Position numbers and translations under genes: made by a program
Assembly (NCBI GenBank): GCA_004431415.1
Contig: QPMI01000199.1
Location: 84,460 to 148,459 of the forward strand
Direction: 5' to 3'
Origin: Cyanophora paradoxa CCMP329
Lineage: Eukaryota > Plantae > Glaucophyta
Length of the DNA: 64,000 nucleotides
Notes under the pieces: model-generated
The model's database searches: none
Told to the model about the DNA's origin: nothing
The model's input: only the letters and a program-made list of their open reading frames with translations
Part shown: positions 43,201 through 52,000 of the stretch, in pieces
Layout of the letters: every line of letters starts with the position of its first letter
Numbering within the stretch: the first letter of the stretch is position 1

Positions 43201-44521
43201 CTGTTTCGCATCTCAAAAGTCGAATTGCTTAGTTATTTGCCCCTATAACAAACAGTGCGCGGAGCTGAGGGACTCTCTCAAAGTCCGCGGAATCGAGAAT
43301 ATTACCGTTCGTACTTTATATAATGTTCTCGGGATCCGTGTCTCAAATGATCAGACCTACGAAGAGGCTATGAGCGAAAAAGACCAGAGGGCGTTCGTCT
43401 CCGAGTTCAGCCACATTATGTTCGACGAGATATTCGCGTATTCCGTAAAAGATCTCGCTAAGATTAAGTCGTTTATTGATCGCTATCCGGATATCAAATA
43501 TTTGGCTAATGGCGATACCTATCAGAACGAACCAATTAATGACGAGCTCTCGGTTTCTGATCGCAAGGGCTACTATAAGCGCGCTGTGCAGAGCATGTTC
43601 CCTAATGTCCTGAGTCTACGCATTAACAAGCGGCACAAGAAGGAGACAGACCGTGAATTAATTCGGGCGATTAAAGAGGATCTCTTCGAAAACGGACTGG
43701 AAGCCGCACAGATCATTTCAAAATACGGTTTGCCGACAATTAATGATCTAAACGCTATTCCCGACGGCTACTTCGGCATCGCTTACAGAAACGAAATGAC
43801 CTTAGCCTATAACAAACTGATGCACGATAGACGGAAAGTAAATATTGCAACCGTAGAGGTCAATGGCATCAAATTCTACAAAGGTTTGGAAGTCGTTTGT
43901 CGCAGGTATCTACGCATTTCGCGGTCTGAGGGTGAGTCTATTAACGCATACACAAATTACACCTATCGGATCACCAAAATCACCAAGCAAATGGTCACAT
44001 TAACTGACGTCTTCGATGGCGTCACGTTCGAGGTTCCGTGCGCGATGTTAGAACATTTTTCTCTCCCTTATGCAGGAACAGGTCATTCAACGCAAGGTCT
44101 CACACTTGATTCGGGCATTGTCATTTGTGAGGCTACGTTCCGCTATACCACTCGCGAATGGTTCTATACCGCGCTCACTCGTAACCGCGATCTGTCTACG
44201 GTGCTGATTTATACACCTATTCACAAGTTCCAAGGAAAGAGCGACTACATCGAATATCTGAAAACGAAGATCCGCGGTTATAAATGCCAGGATCAGCGTG
44301 CCGGTCGCGATTTCAACGAGGCGGATTATATTACGCCGGAGTGGATATTAGAGCGCAAGAAGCAACAGAAGGGCGCCTGTGCGCTCTGTTCCCTTCCGAT
44401 TCCGATTGAGCCGCAAGATCCGAATTACAGGCTCGTCGTGGATCGCATCAATAATAAGCGCCCACACCTTAAAGACAATTGTCAACTCGCGCATCACGGG
44501 TGCAATTGCAGCAAAAAATAA
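40211..44521 (+). CDS. Divergent PolB-like polymerase - SF1 (RecD/Pif1-like) helicase - HNH fusion
   Basis: DMAKCYPS, KHIL..EIGMLGK, IRTDC; PGSGKS, FDE, GDTYQ, HSTQGLTLD, YTALTR; CALC...DRINN..H..DNC. Confidence 0.85.
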   Translation: MPRATNRIANNVRDEIIGYIMQGLSQDLLTEEQAHWAMHNTMNRKPKLQTLIDIRDTLKGIINPRVFRRAERKEKRAARTQVNIEKQKQKEQEAKRLQRFDRKQEQKRAKEAKLQAKQFKGQLKAVEDAIKRTILDPIAQYDPETLATITFKMWAPGSGARSSEVIVIPGIPGTYIKDKTFVTYQNIRETVSVRVLRNFALAKIDRVYGILTAQNRYYSEERDSIFDLLENYDELKIGLGTFGQAYEMFFFKTPPTEEQKKLRKGFDDFGGSVDDAFITVHEVVIYGDEGVEDDGAGAIPGNRYAFLDEELMDSMRCTAIMSKFTDYTLNPNASEFEDVIELPKSSTSNACGYDMIISTWGASIKKCQEAPKPRYTDLTMSYDGLYKFFHGRERTPDDSLALTLRHIEKFCKRIQTGFRVFDVDGKLIYKFAAESINKNINPRNIHFMIHNKHIYIFNDNIKSLEMRMAKMEVEELDNHVPKSNSSLALYKIPTCLTHDIFAHTSKDLLKITQLKLSPDERSFIRILYTGREGLEGLLFTFLKMRYEPAVKLTPSKQIDSITFKANGSMFSIKDPRTTDHFIEQDFETEEYYNKVCEIGKGFRESLLNTTNISHYSPNMREILTHYKRSALSGFFYKPNPKATYTAVDMAKCYPSILKGMQYLPKYNVFDDFVPFKAGSDILEYAIYYVRVVAFEREQATFADDEDVDYDAAMSRKIDGIEIILDRAFSVSGRCYNFITGYTLSMHWADVKDKIEIIAVAEPSHLVPNTSISEMKKVLSSDIQTTDKKHILVKEIGMLGKFQDSQTSTKMFYNRAEAERFAQECGGTVEVFTFNPKNSKRVKTLSEFEGHIYFVKISSHRELVNGFLPIHFHIYDRNRANMFAQYKRLTARGHKVAGIRTDCLYIEGSWTSKKEFDRNAFENMGKFSYIPGKRCPENALRPPRGVTLEFQDPETLINRFSLRDEFNPECFNWVAKLHNRMRVLADMPGSGKSTLGINCFASQKSNCLVICPYNKQCAELRDSLKVRGIENITVRTLYNVLGIRVSNDQTYEEAMSEKDQRAFVSEFSHIMFDEIFAYSVKDLAKIKSFIDRYPDIKYLANGDTYQNEPINDELSVSDRKGYYKRAVQSMFPNVLSLRINKRHKKETDRELIRAIKEDLFENGLEAAQIISKYGLPTINDLNAIPDGYFGIAYRNEMTLAYNKLMHDRRKVNIATVEVNGIKFYKGLEVVCRRYLRISRSEGESINAYTNYTYRITKITKQMVTLTDVFDGVTFEVPCAMLEHFSLPYAGTGHSTQGLTLDSGIVICEATFRYTTREWFYTALTRNRDLSTVLIYTPIHKFQGKSDYIEYLKTKIRGYKCQDQRAGRDFNEADYITPEWILERKKQQKGACALCSLPIPIEPQDPNYRLVVDRINNKRPHLKDNCQLAHHGCNCSKK

Positions 44522-44540
44522 ACAGGTTTAATTAGAAGAA

Positions 44541-45922
44541 ATGTCACGGATCGTTAGAAGGGTAGCGGGAGAGGAGACAGAGACCACCATACTACCTATC
44601 GCGGTTCCTGAAACTGAGCTAATCCCCAAAAAATCACAAAACGCCAAGCAAAATCAAATTTATTAGGAGATGTTCCTTTTAGCATTGCTAACCCGTCCTC
44701 TAAGATCGTGCGACGCATGTATGACCCGAAGACAGGTTTTAAGAACCCATCGGCATTGTACGAAGAGCTGAGAAAAGAGGACAAGAGCCTCACATTGAAA
44801 GAAGTGCAAGATGTCGCAGCGAAACAAGAATTTATGCAGATCAACAAGAAGCCCCCCGCACCGACCCAAACCGCTTTTATTCCCATCACAGCCCCGCCGT
44901 GGTGCTACCAAGCAGATCTCATCTTTTATCTCTCATATGGCAATTATAATTCCGGCTACATTGCAGTCCTTACTCTCATTGAGATGACGAGCCGAAAATC
45001 GTATGCCAAGAAATTAAAGAATAAAGAGGGCGCGAGTGTTGCTACCGCTTTTGCGGAGATGCTTACAGAGCTCCCCGCTCCAATGAAGCGTTTAGAGACA
45101 GATAACGGCTCAGAATTCATCGCAAAGGAGTTTCAGGAGATCGTTAAAAATAACGGAATAGAACACCGCTTTAAACAGGTCGGAGATCACACTTCGCTGG
45201 GAATTATGAATCGCTTTCATTTGACCCTAAAAACGATGATAAACAATTACTGTGTCGCCTATAATACAGTGCGGTTTATGGATAAATTGGACGACTTCGT
45301 TTTCAATTACAATAACACCATTCACAGAACCATAGGAATGAAACCGGGGGATGTAAAGCTCTCAGATATGGAGCAGATCCGAGCGGCTATTATTTCGAGA
45401 AAGAACACAATCGTAAAGGATATATTCAGCGACTTTAAGCCGGGTCTCCACGTCCGCCTATTATTGCCGAGATCGAAGTTCGATAAAGGCGCGACCCAAA
45501 GGTATAGCAGAGAGGTCTACAAAATAGTGGGAAGGAGGGGAAACGCAATAGAGGTGCAAGATGCAGCCGGATACCTCATGCCGAAGCTATTTAAGCCGCA
45601 CGAATTGCAGATTATTACAGAGGTCGAGGCAGTGGTCGAGCCCGCAGAAAATGCAATTAAAGCAGCCGAGATAGAGGCAGCCTCTATTCGGCAGGTTCAA
45701 AAAGAAGGCATAGATGTCGCCGCAAGTGTTCCGAAAGGCGATCTATTGGAAGATCGCGCGGAGAAGACTAAGAGGGCGCTTAGAGAGCTCGCGAAATTAA
45801 CGATTGCCGGCACTGAGAAGCTCTCAGAGGTAAACAGTCAGCGGTGGTATAAATCATTCAAGAATCAGAGCGCAAGCTATACAGCCCCTACTACGCGCAT
45901 TCTTCGGTCATCTCGTTCATAA
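44541..45922 (+). CDS. rve integrase (DD35N); frameshift near 44625
   Basis: YQADL, ETDNGSEF, LGIMNRFH, YNNTIHRTIGMKP; the N-terminus MSRIVRR at 44541 matches the PLV-A integrase. Confidence 0.9.
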
Positions 45923-45961
45923 CAAACCCCGAAATTATTTTCTCCGGTAAATATAAAAGAG

Positions 45962-46276
45962 ATGGAGGGTGAAAAGCATTATGTTGATATTCCCTATGAT
46001 AAAAAGAACGTTGCGAAATCCCTCGGTGGAAAGTGGGATCCCGAGAATTCTTGCTGGTATGTGACACAGAAAGATCACCCCCTATGCTCTCAGTTCAAGA
46101 CTTTAAGCTATGAGCAAGTGTATCAAAGAAACGTGAAGGTTTATCTCGATATTCCTTATGAATTTAAGGATCAAGCGAAGGCTGAGAAAGCCCGCTGGGA
46201 TCCCGTTATGAAATCCTGGTATGTCATGGGTCTCGATCACCCGCTAATGGGCAAGTTTCCGATCAAGGAGCATTAA
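45962..46276 (+). CDS. Tandem DUF5710-like protein
   Basis: Two copies of Y.DIPY..K..AK....WDP....WYV. Confidence 0.8.
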   Translation: MEGEKHYVDIPYDKKNVAKSLGGKWDPENSCWYVTQKDHPLCSQFKTLSYEQVYQRNVKVYLDIPYEFKDQAKAEKARWDPVMKSWYVMGLDHPLMGKFPIKEH

Positions 46277-46301
46277 ATATATCTGTCGTTTTTTTCATTT
46301 T

Positions 46302-46694
46302 TTATGAAATTGGGAACCTTTGCTCGACCTGTAAGTCCCACTTTCGCACTTTCAGCCTTTCCTGTATGAGATCGTTAATGTCCTGTGCTATACCCATTGT
46401 CTTCGCTTCGGCATTTGAGCCGCATGTAAAGATATCGATCGCTAATAGCCCCTGGTCGCTATAAGAGTGAGCTGTGGCATGCGACTCATCTAATAGAAAG
46501 CCAATCGCGAAACCGGGAGGGGAATTAGAGCCATCGAAAATGCATGTGTGCTGGTGCACGATGCGCATATTGCGATCTGTGATATATTGCGATAGGTTCG
46601 CTGTGATCCACTCGGCGCATGCCTCCGGGGACTCAGTAAACGGCTCGGTTATATAGTCGAGCATAACGTGGTAGCCGCGGTATCGGGAATCCAT
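46302..46694 (-). CDS. S-adenosylmethionine decarboxylase (SpeD/SpeH-like proenzyme)
   Basis: GYHVMLD, PPG, LLDESHATAHSY, AIDIFTCG. Confidence 0.9.
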   Translation of the reverse strand: MDSRYRGYHVMLDYITEPFTESPEACAEWITANLSQYITDRNMRIVHQHTCIFDGSNSPPGFAIGFLLDESHATAHSYSDQGLLAIDIFTCGSNAEAKTMGIAQDINDLIQERLKVRKWDLQVEQRFPIS

Positions 46695-47240
46695 TATTAT
46701 TTAAGTCGATATTTTTGTGAGCTATGTGGTTTCGTAGCCGCCAAATCGCGCCCTTTGCGAATTAGACCGCGCCACTTCGTAATAGTGTAGAACTACTCTA
46801 TACGCGCACGGATGCAAAGTATGACTAGTGGAGCCTTCCGGGAACGCGCGCCGGCGCTCAGAATGTAGCGCATACCTCGGTTTTCGGGCACTTGTGCAGA
46901 AATCGAGGTCGCTCTTCGCTCCACGGTGGGCTAAGCTAGTCAAAGCATAACCATCATGCCCGGAAGCAAGTTACGAGCACGTAGCAATTGAGAGCGCGCC
47001 GAGATCGGCTTTCTGTCCAAAGTTATGCGGGGAAAACGGAAGGGGGGGTCTCCGCGAAGTCGCGATCGCCGGTGTTATCAAGTCGGGACTCGGGACTCGG
47101 GACTCGGGACTTGAAAATTGCAACCGGCAACAGTGGCAAGTCGGTCACTGAGTCAGTCACAGGTCAGTTATATACATATATATATATATATATATGCCAC
47201 GTCATCAATTGCTGAGCACACTACCCGGCTATCGGGTATA

Positions 47241-47480
47241 CTATCCGGCGGTACTATCGCCCCGAGGGCATACTATCCGGCGATACTATCGCCCCGAGGT
47301 CATTCTATCCGGCGGTACTATCGCCCCGAGGGCATACTATCCGGCGATACTATCGCCCCGAGGTCATACTATCCGGCGATACTATCGCCCCGAGGTCATA
47401 CTATCCGGCGATACTATCGCCCCGAGGTCATACTATCCGACGATACTATCGCCCCGGGTAATTCTATCCGGCGATCCTAT
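47241..47480 (+). repeat. 32-bp tandem repeat, ~7.5 copies, palindromic core GCGATACTATCGC
   Basis: CTATCCGGCGATACTATCGCCCCGAGGTCATA at 32-bp periodicity. Confidence 0.95.
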
Positions 47481-47699
47481 TCTGATTGGTCGACAAATTT
47501 GTGTGGGGCGCCGGCATTCCATCCATATATGTTTCCGGAGTCGCCGTGATGTGATGACCCCCAGTGTGTCGGTGACGTCGGTGTATATATGTATATGTCG
47601 TCATATGCGAAAAAAAAACAACTAAAAAATTCAAAGTTGCGCAGGATCACACACACGGAGGTTCGGACATATATACGAAATATATACATGACTAAATCG

Positions 47700-48491
47700 T
47701 TATTTTTCAACAAGTTCATAGTTAGTCATTATGATATGGTTCCTTTTTCGTTTTGTTATACCATACACTTTGCCATACGTATGGCGAATATAGGGTTTAA
47801 ATAGGAGTTTCATTAAAAGAGCATCATTTACAACCATCATAATTTTGCATTTCGCTGTCTTAAATAGGTCTTCCAAATCCAAAAAGAAGGTTTCTAAATC
47901 GAATTCTACATTTTCGTAAAAGTCATTATTGCTGTTCACGTATGGAGGATCGAGAAATATAAAAGCCGCTTCGTCATCTCTATATTTCGCTAAGATATCG
48001 CGAAAATCTCCATGAGATAGGTTGGCTTCTTTTATAAAATCATCGTATGGTATCTTCTTTTTAAGAGTTGTATATGGACTTACCTTCACATTTCGTTTTT
48101 TAAAATCACGGAGCGTTTTAACATTTAGAATACTGTTTTTAAGAAGATAGAAATGATGTGCTAAGTAATCATGTTGTAGAAACTTCTTATAGACTTCTTT
48201 ATGCTCTTCTATATTGCTTACTGCTTCGAACTGTTTTAGACTCTCTAAGAGTTTAACTTTGTTGTTTGGGTCTTTCATTGTATTCAAAAAAAGGGTATGG
48301 GTTTCGTCGTTATCATTCATATAATAATCAAACCGGTCTTTATGCTTTTCCCAAAGATAGAAACTACAAGCACCTGAACCACAAAACGGTTCTATAACTT
48401 TATTAATTCCTTCTAAATCGATATATGGATAGATCGTTTCCATTTCATTATACTTGTTGCCGGTATATTTATGGTAAAAGTGAGTCTTCAT
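47700..48491 (-). CDS. Dam-like (D12 class) N6-adenine DNA methyltransferase
   Basis: YTGNK, EPFCGSGA, ND, FLDPPY. Confidence 0.9.
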   Translation of the reverse strand: MKTHFYHKYTGNKYNEMETIYPYIDLEGINKVIEPFCGSGACSFYLWEKHKDRFDYYMNDNDETHTLFLNTMKDPNNKVKLLESLKQFEAVSNIEEHKEVYKKFLQHDYLAHHFYLLKNSILNVKTLRDFKKRNVKVSPYTTLKKKIPYDDFIKEANLSHGDFRDILAKYRDDEAAFIFLDPPYVNSNNDFYENVEFDLETFFLDLEDLFKTAKCKIMMVVNDALLMKLLFKPYIRHTYGKVYGITKRKRNHIIMTNYELVEK

Positions 48492-48541
48492 TTATTATAG
48501 GAAGAGAAAAACAATTTATATATGTATCTCGCATGTTGTTT

Positions 48542-49057
48542 GCATGTATCTTGCATAGTGGGCGGGGCGCGAGTGGTTCCAGTTGCAATTAATCGTGGTC
48601 TATCGTCGTACTTCGTCGATCATCGTACTTTGTCGATGGGGTGCGCAAGTTTGTGCAGGTGGGCATTTTCGGCAGCACAAACTTGCGAACTCAATCGATC
48701 TCGTACTTATCATCGTACTCTCTCGGTGGGGTTCACCTGTGTTTTCTTTTTGGATTACTGAAAACAGTCCGGCAACGATCGGGAACATTTCGTAATAATG
48801 GGGTCTTACTGTGCCTTACTGAGAGATCGGAGGACGGGTTTAGGGCTTACTGAGAATGGTAAGAGATCGGAGAGAAGATGAAATTTAGGTTTTCGTGATT
48901 GGTTTCAGTAAGGATGCATGAGAGGTTTATAAAAGACAGTGTGGCTCAGTGCGAATTACAGCGATTTTATTAATTTGTGACTGAGAATAAAGGATGTTTT
49001 ATATTTGCTCACTGAAATAGGTCGGCGGGAATTAGTGGGGTTCACCTGCATGCGAGC
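48542..49057 (-). repeat. PLV-B right TIR
   Basis: Inverted copy of 24311-24826. Confidence 0.96.
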
Positions 49058-49063
49058 AAGCCA
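49058..49063 (+). repeat. Right target-site duplication AAGCCA
   Basis: Identical to 24305-24310. Confidence 0.95.
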
Positions 49064-52000
49064 CCAGAAGGAGACCTAGGAAACTCAAAACCAGTGGCAC
49101 TCATCCAGATATACCTTCTAGGTTTGATAGTGGTCGATTGATTTTCAATGTTCAAGATGAGCAGGGCAAACAGAACACAGCTTTGCGAATTTACAATGAG
49201 GGCAGCACTGCAAAAGCAGAGGTCCCCCAAGTATTGCAAGTGGGTCCCATTGCCAATACAAATCAGGTCTCCTACACAAATGATGTCTACCCCAAGGATA
49301 TTACATATGACTTTGCGAGGAATGAGCCTTTTGGGTTCTTTACTCCAAAAGATGTCCATCAAAAAAAGCCATCAATTACAATCAACAGTAGCCCCAGTCA
49401 ACCAGTAGCAATCCATTTACATCCTGATCTTGTTGAAATGGATAGGCACCTTTTGCCTTTGTATAGCAATGTGAAAGACCTTGGAATTCGAACCAGGCAA
49501 TGGCGAAATATCCATGGCAGCAATGTGTATGCAAATGGTGAGAAGCTTGTAAGTGAGAAGACCATAAGAGAGATCTTTGAGTATTATGGACCTGTCCCAG
49601 TTCCCTTCCCTCTTCCATGGGATCCACCGGATTTAACACCGAAAAAGCAGCCTGGAAGAGAATACACAGCAACTGAAGATGTAGCCTTTGGGCAGCATAT
49701 TGTTAGTTGGGAGCAAGTTCGCAATAAACCTATAATTGAACCAAGAAAGCAAATAGATGAGCAGTATTTACCTCCTGAAGTCGACATATTAGAGCTTGAT
49801 GAATATCAATTCGTTCCAGATAAGGAGGAGTATTTACCAGATGGTTTTGACCCACAAGAATATGAATATGATCAGTTTGACCCCAATGAGGAGGAGATAC
49901 TACCAGATGGCTTAGATCCACAAGAGTTTGAGTATGAGCAGAACTATGAACCTGATGAGGAGTATTTGCCAGATGGTCATGATCCACCAGCTGTTGACTA
50001 TGAGCAACCTTATGAACCCCATGAGGAACTATTACCAGATGGATTTCGACCTGAGATCTGGGAGTTCTTTCCTGATTATGAACAAATTAATAATAAACCT
50101 GCAAAGTATCCCCCAGAGGATCACAATCATGATTGGGATGAGATCTTAGGCAAACCTCAAAAGTATCCACCAGAGGACCACAGGCATGATTGGGGAGAAA
50201 TTGATGGAATACCAGAAGAATTTCCACCAATCAAACATGAACACACTTGGGATGAGATTAATGACCAACCAGAATTCGCAAAGGTAGAGCCTCTTGATAA
50301 CTTGGGGGTTTCTCTTTATCAGACTTGTAATGTCCCAGAAAGAATCTTTTTGAATGAACACTATGTACATGTGAATGGGACACTTGCAAATTCAGCTATG
50401 AGAGGACCACTTCATATTAGGACACTACCAGGCTCTTATAATCCACCACCTGAACCAGGAGCGACCATACCAAATATCTTTGTGTCAAGCTACATGGAGG
50501 CTGACATTCCCACAGATACATTCAGAGTCCCAACAGACCCAGCAACCTACCAAAACTTTAACTCTGCTATACAGGTTCATGTTGCAGATGTAAGCAGTTT
50601 AGATGGCTCAAGACCAATGATAGTTTTCAGTCGAGATAAATATTCCTACATTCCCATAGTGGGAACTGCAAATGATAACTATGGGAGGGCAGAGCTTGCA
50701 TGGATCAAAACGAATTATGGTGGGGTTCTTGAAGCCAATCAAAGAATGGCTGCAAAAAACATACACAATGAGAGCATTTCGAGAGTAGTCACAGAGGATT
50801 ACCTTACTGCAGTAATCCTTGTTAATTTTGTAACCCTTGCTATGCTTGATCAATTTATTACAGAAGCTGAACTTGCAGCAGAACTATCCAATTATCTCCC
50901 TCTTGTGGGTGGGACAATCACAGGAAACCTCACAGTTAATAGTAATATTTACAGCAGCAATATAGAGACCAGCAACCTAAAAGTAAATGGAATCCTCACA
51001 ATTGGCTCTTGCAATTTCAATACCATGAATCAGGTTTACGAAGAATGGTATGATGTCCCACCAAGCTTTGATCCAGCATCAAATATCTCGAACTGCATTT
51101 TTGCTTGGAAGGCATCAGGAGTACCAGGTCAATCAGCAATGTATACAACTATAGTAAGCAGAGTCCCGAATTCAGTTGTTCCAGACTTGTTTATCTCCGG
51201 AGCCAGTTCCTATTACACCAATCCCGAAATCAACAACCAAGTTAGTGTTTCAAGCCCAACAGGCACTTTTTATGCATATACCTCTGCTACAAGAACTATT
51301 GATTTCTCAAATGGGCTTACATTTTTCTTTGTGGGAAAATATCATCCAACTGCCTCTTCTATGCAAGTTCACTTGAGACTTTACAGAAGCGCCTTTCCAT
51401 CACGATATTGTTATTATGGGGCAACATCTTCTACTGCTATTGGAATGAACCAGTTCACTATTAATGGAGCATCCCAAACCCGCCCAGTTATAACAGTTCC
51501 TTCTTTAATAAATACATGGTATTACACTGACCAAACAATTACTTCCAGCAGCTACACAGTCGGGTTAAATGGAGTAGATATTGAAACACTTGTAGGAACA
51601 AATTATCTACCAGATAATACTGTCAATCATTTCGGATTTGGTAATATTGTGAATGGTGGTATTTCCGAGTTGATTGTTTTCAATAGGGCTTTGACAACTT
51701 CTGAAAAGAATGCTGTGAGGTATTACATTCAACAAAAATAAGGATTCACTCATACCCAGACTCTGAATATTTACAGAGGATTAAAAATAACCTCACCTGA
51801 TACTGTAATAGATTACCTTACAGTTACAAGCAATGCAAATTTACCACATCATCCAACCTCTAATGTGGTTCAAGGTTGGATTCAAAATCACACTCACACA
51901 AAAGCCCAGATTACAGATTTTGACCACACCCATGCCTGGTCGAATATTGTAGATAAACCTTTGACCTTCCCTCCCAGTTCTCACAATCACTTATGGGAGC

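Larger units (their letters stand above)
24311..49057. mobile_element. Nested endogenous Polinton-like virus PLV-B (24,747 bp), inverted relative to PLV-A
   Basis: 516-bp TIRs, 6-bp TSD, own integrase, replicase, ATPase and capsid genes. Confidence 0.96.

Noticed and set aside
46900-46990. tRNA-like unit in PLV-B
   Set aside because: Only a D-arm-like stretch; no convincing B box or cloverleaf.
47241-47480. CRISPR array
   Set aside because: The 32-bp units are contiguous with no unique spacers, and no cas genes are present.
47118-47625. 143-aa repetitive ORFs
   Set aside because: Translations of the 32-bp tandem repeat, whose unit length is not a multiple of three.
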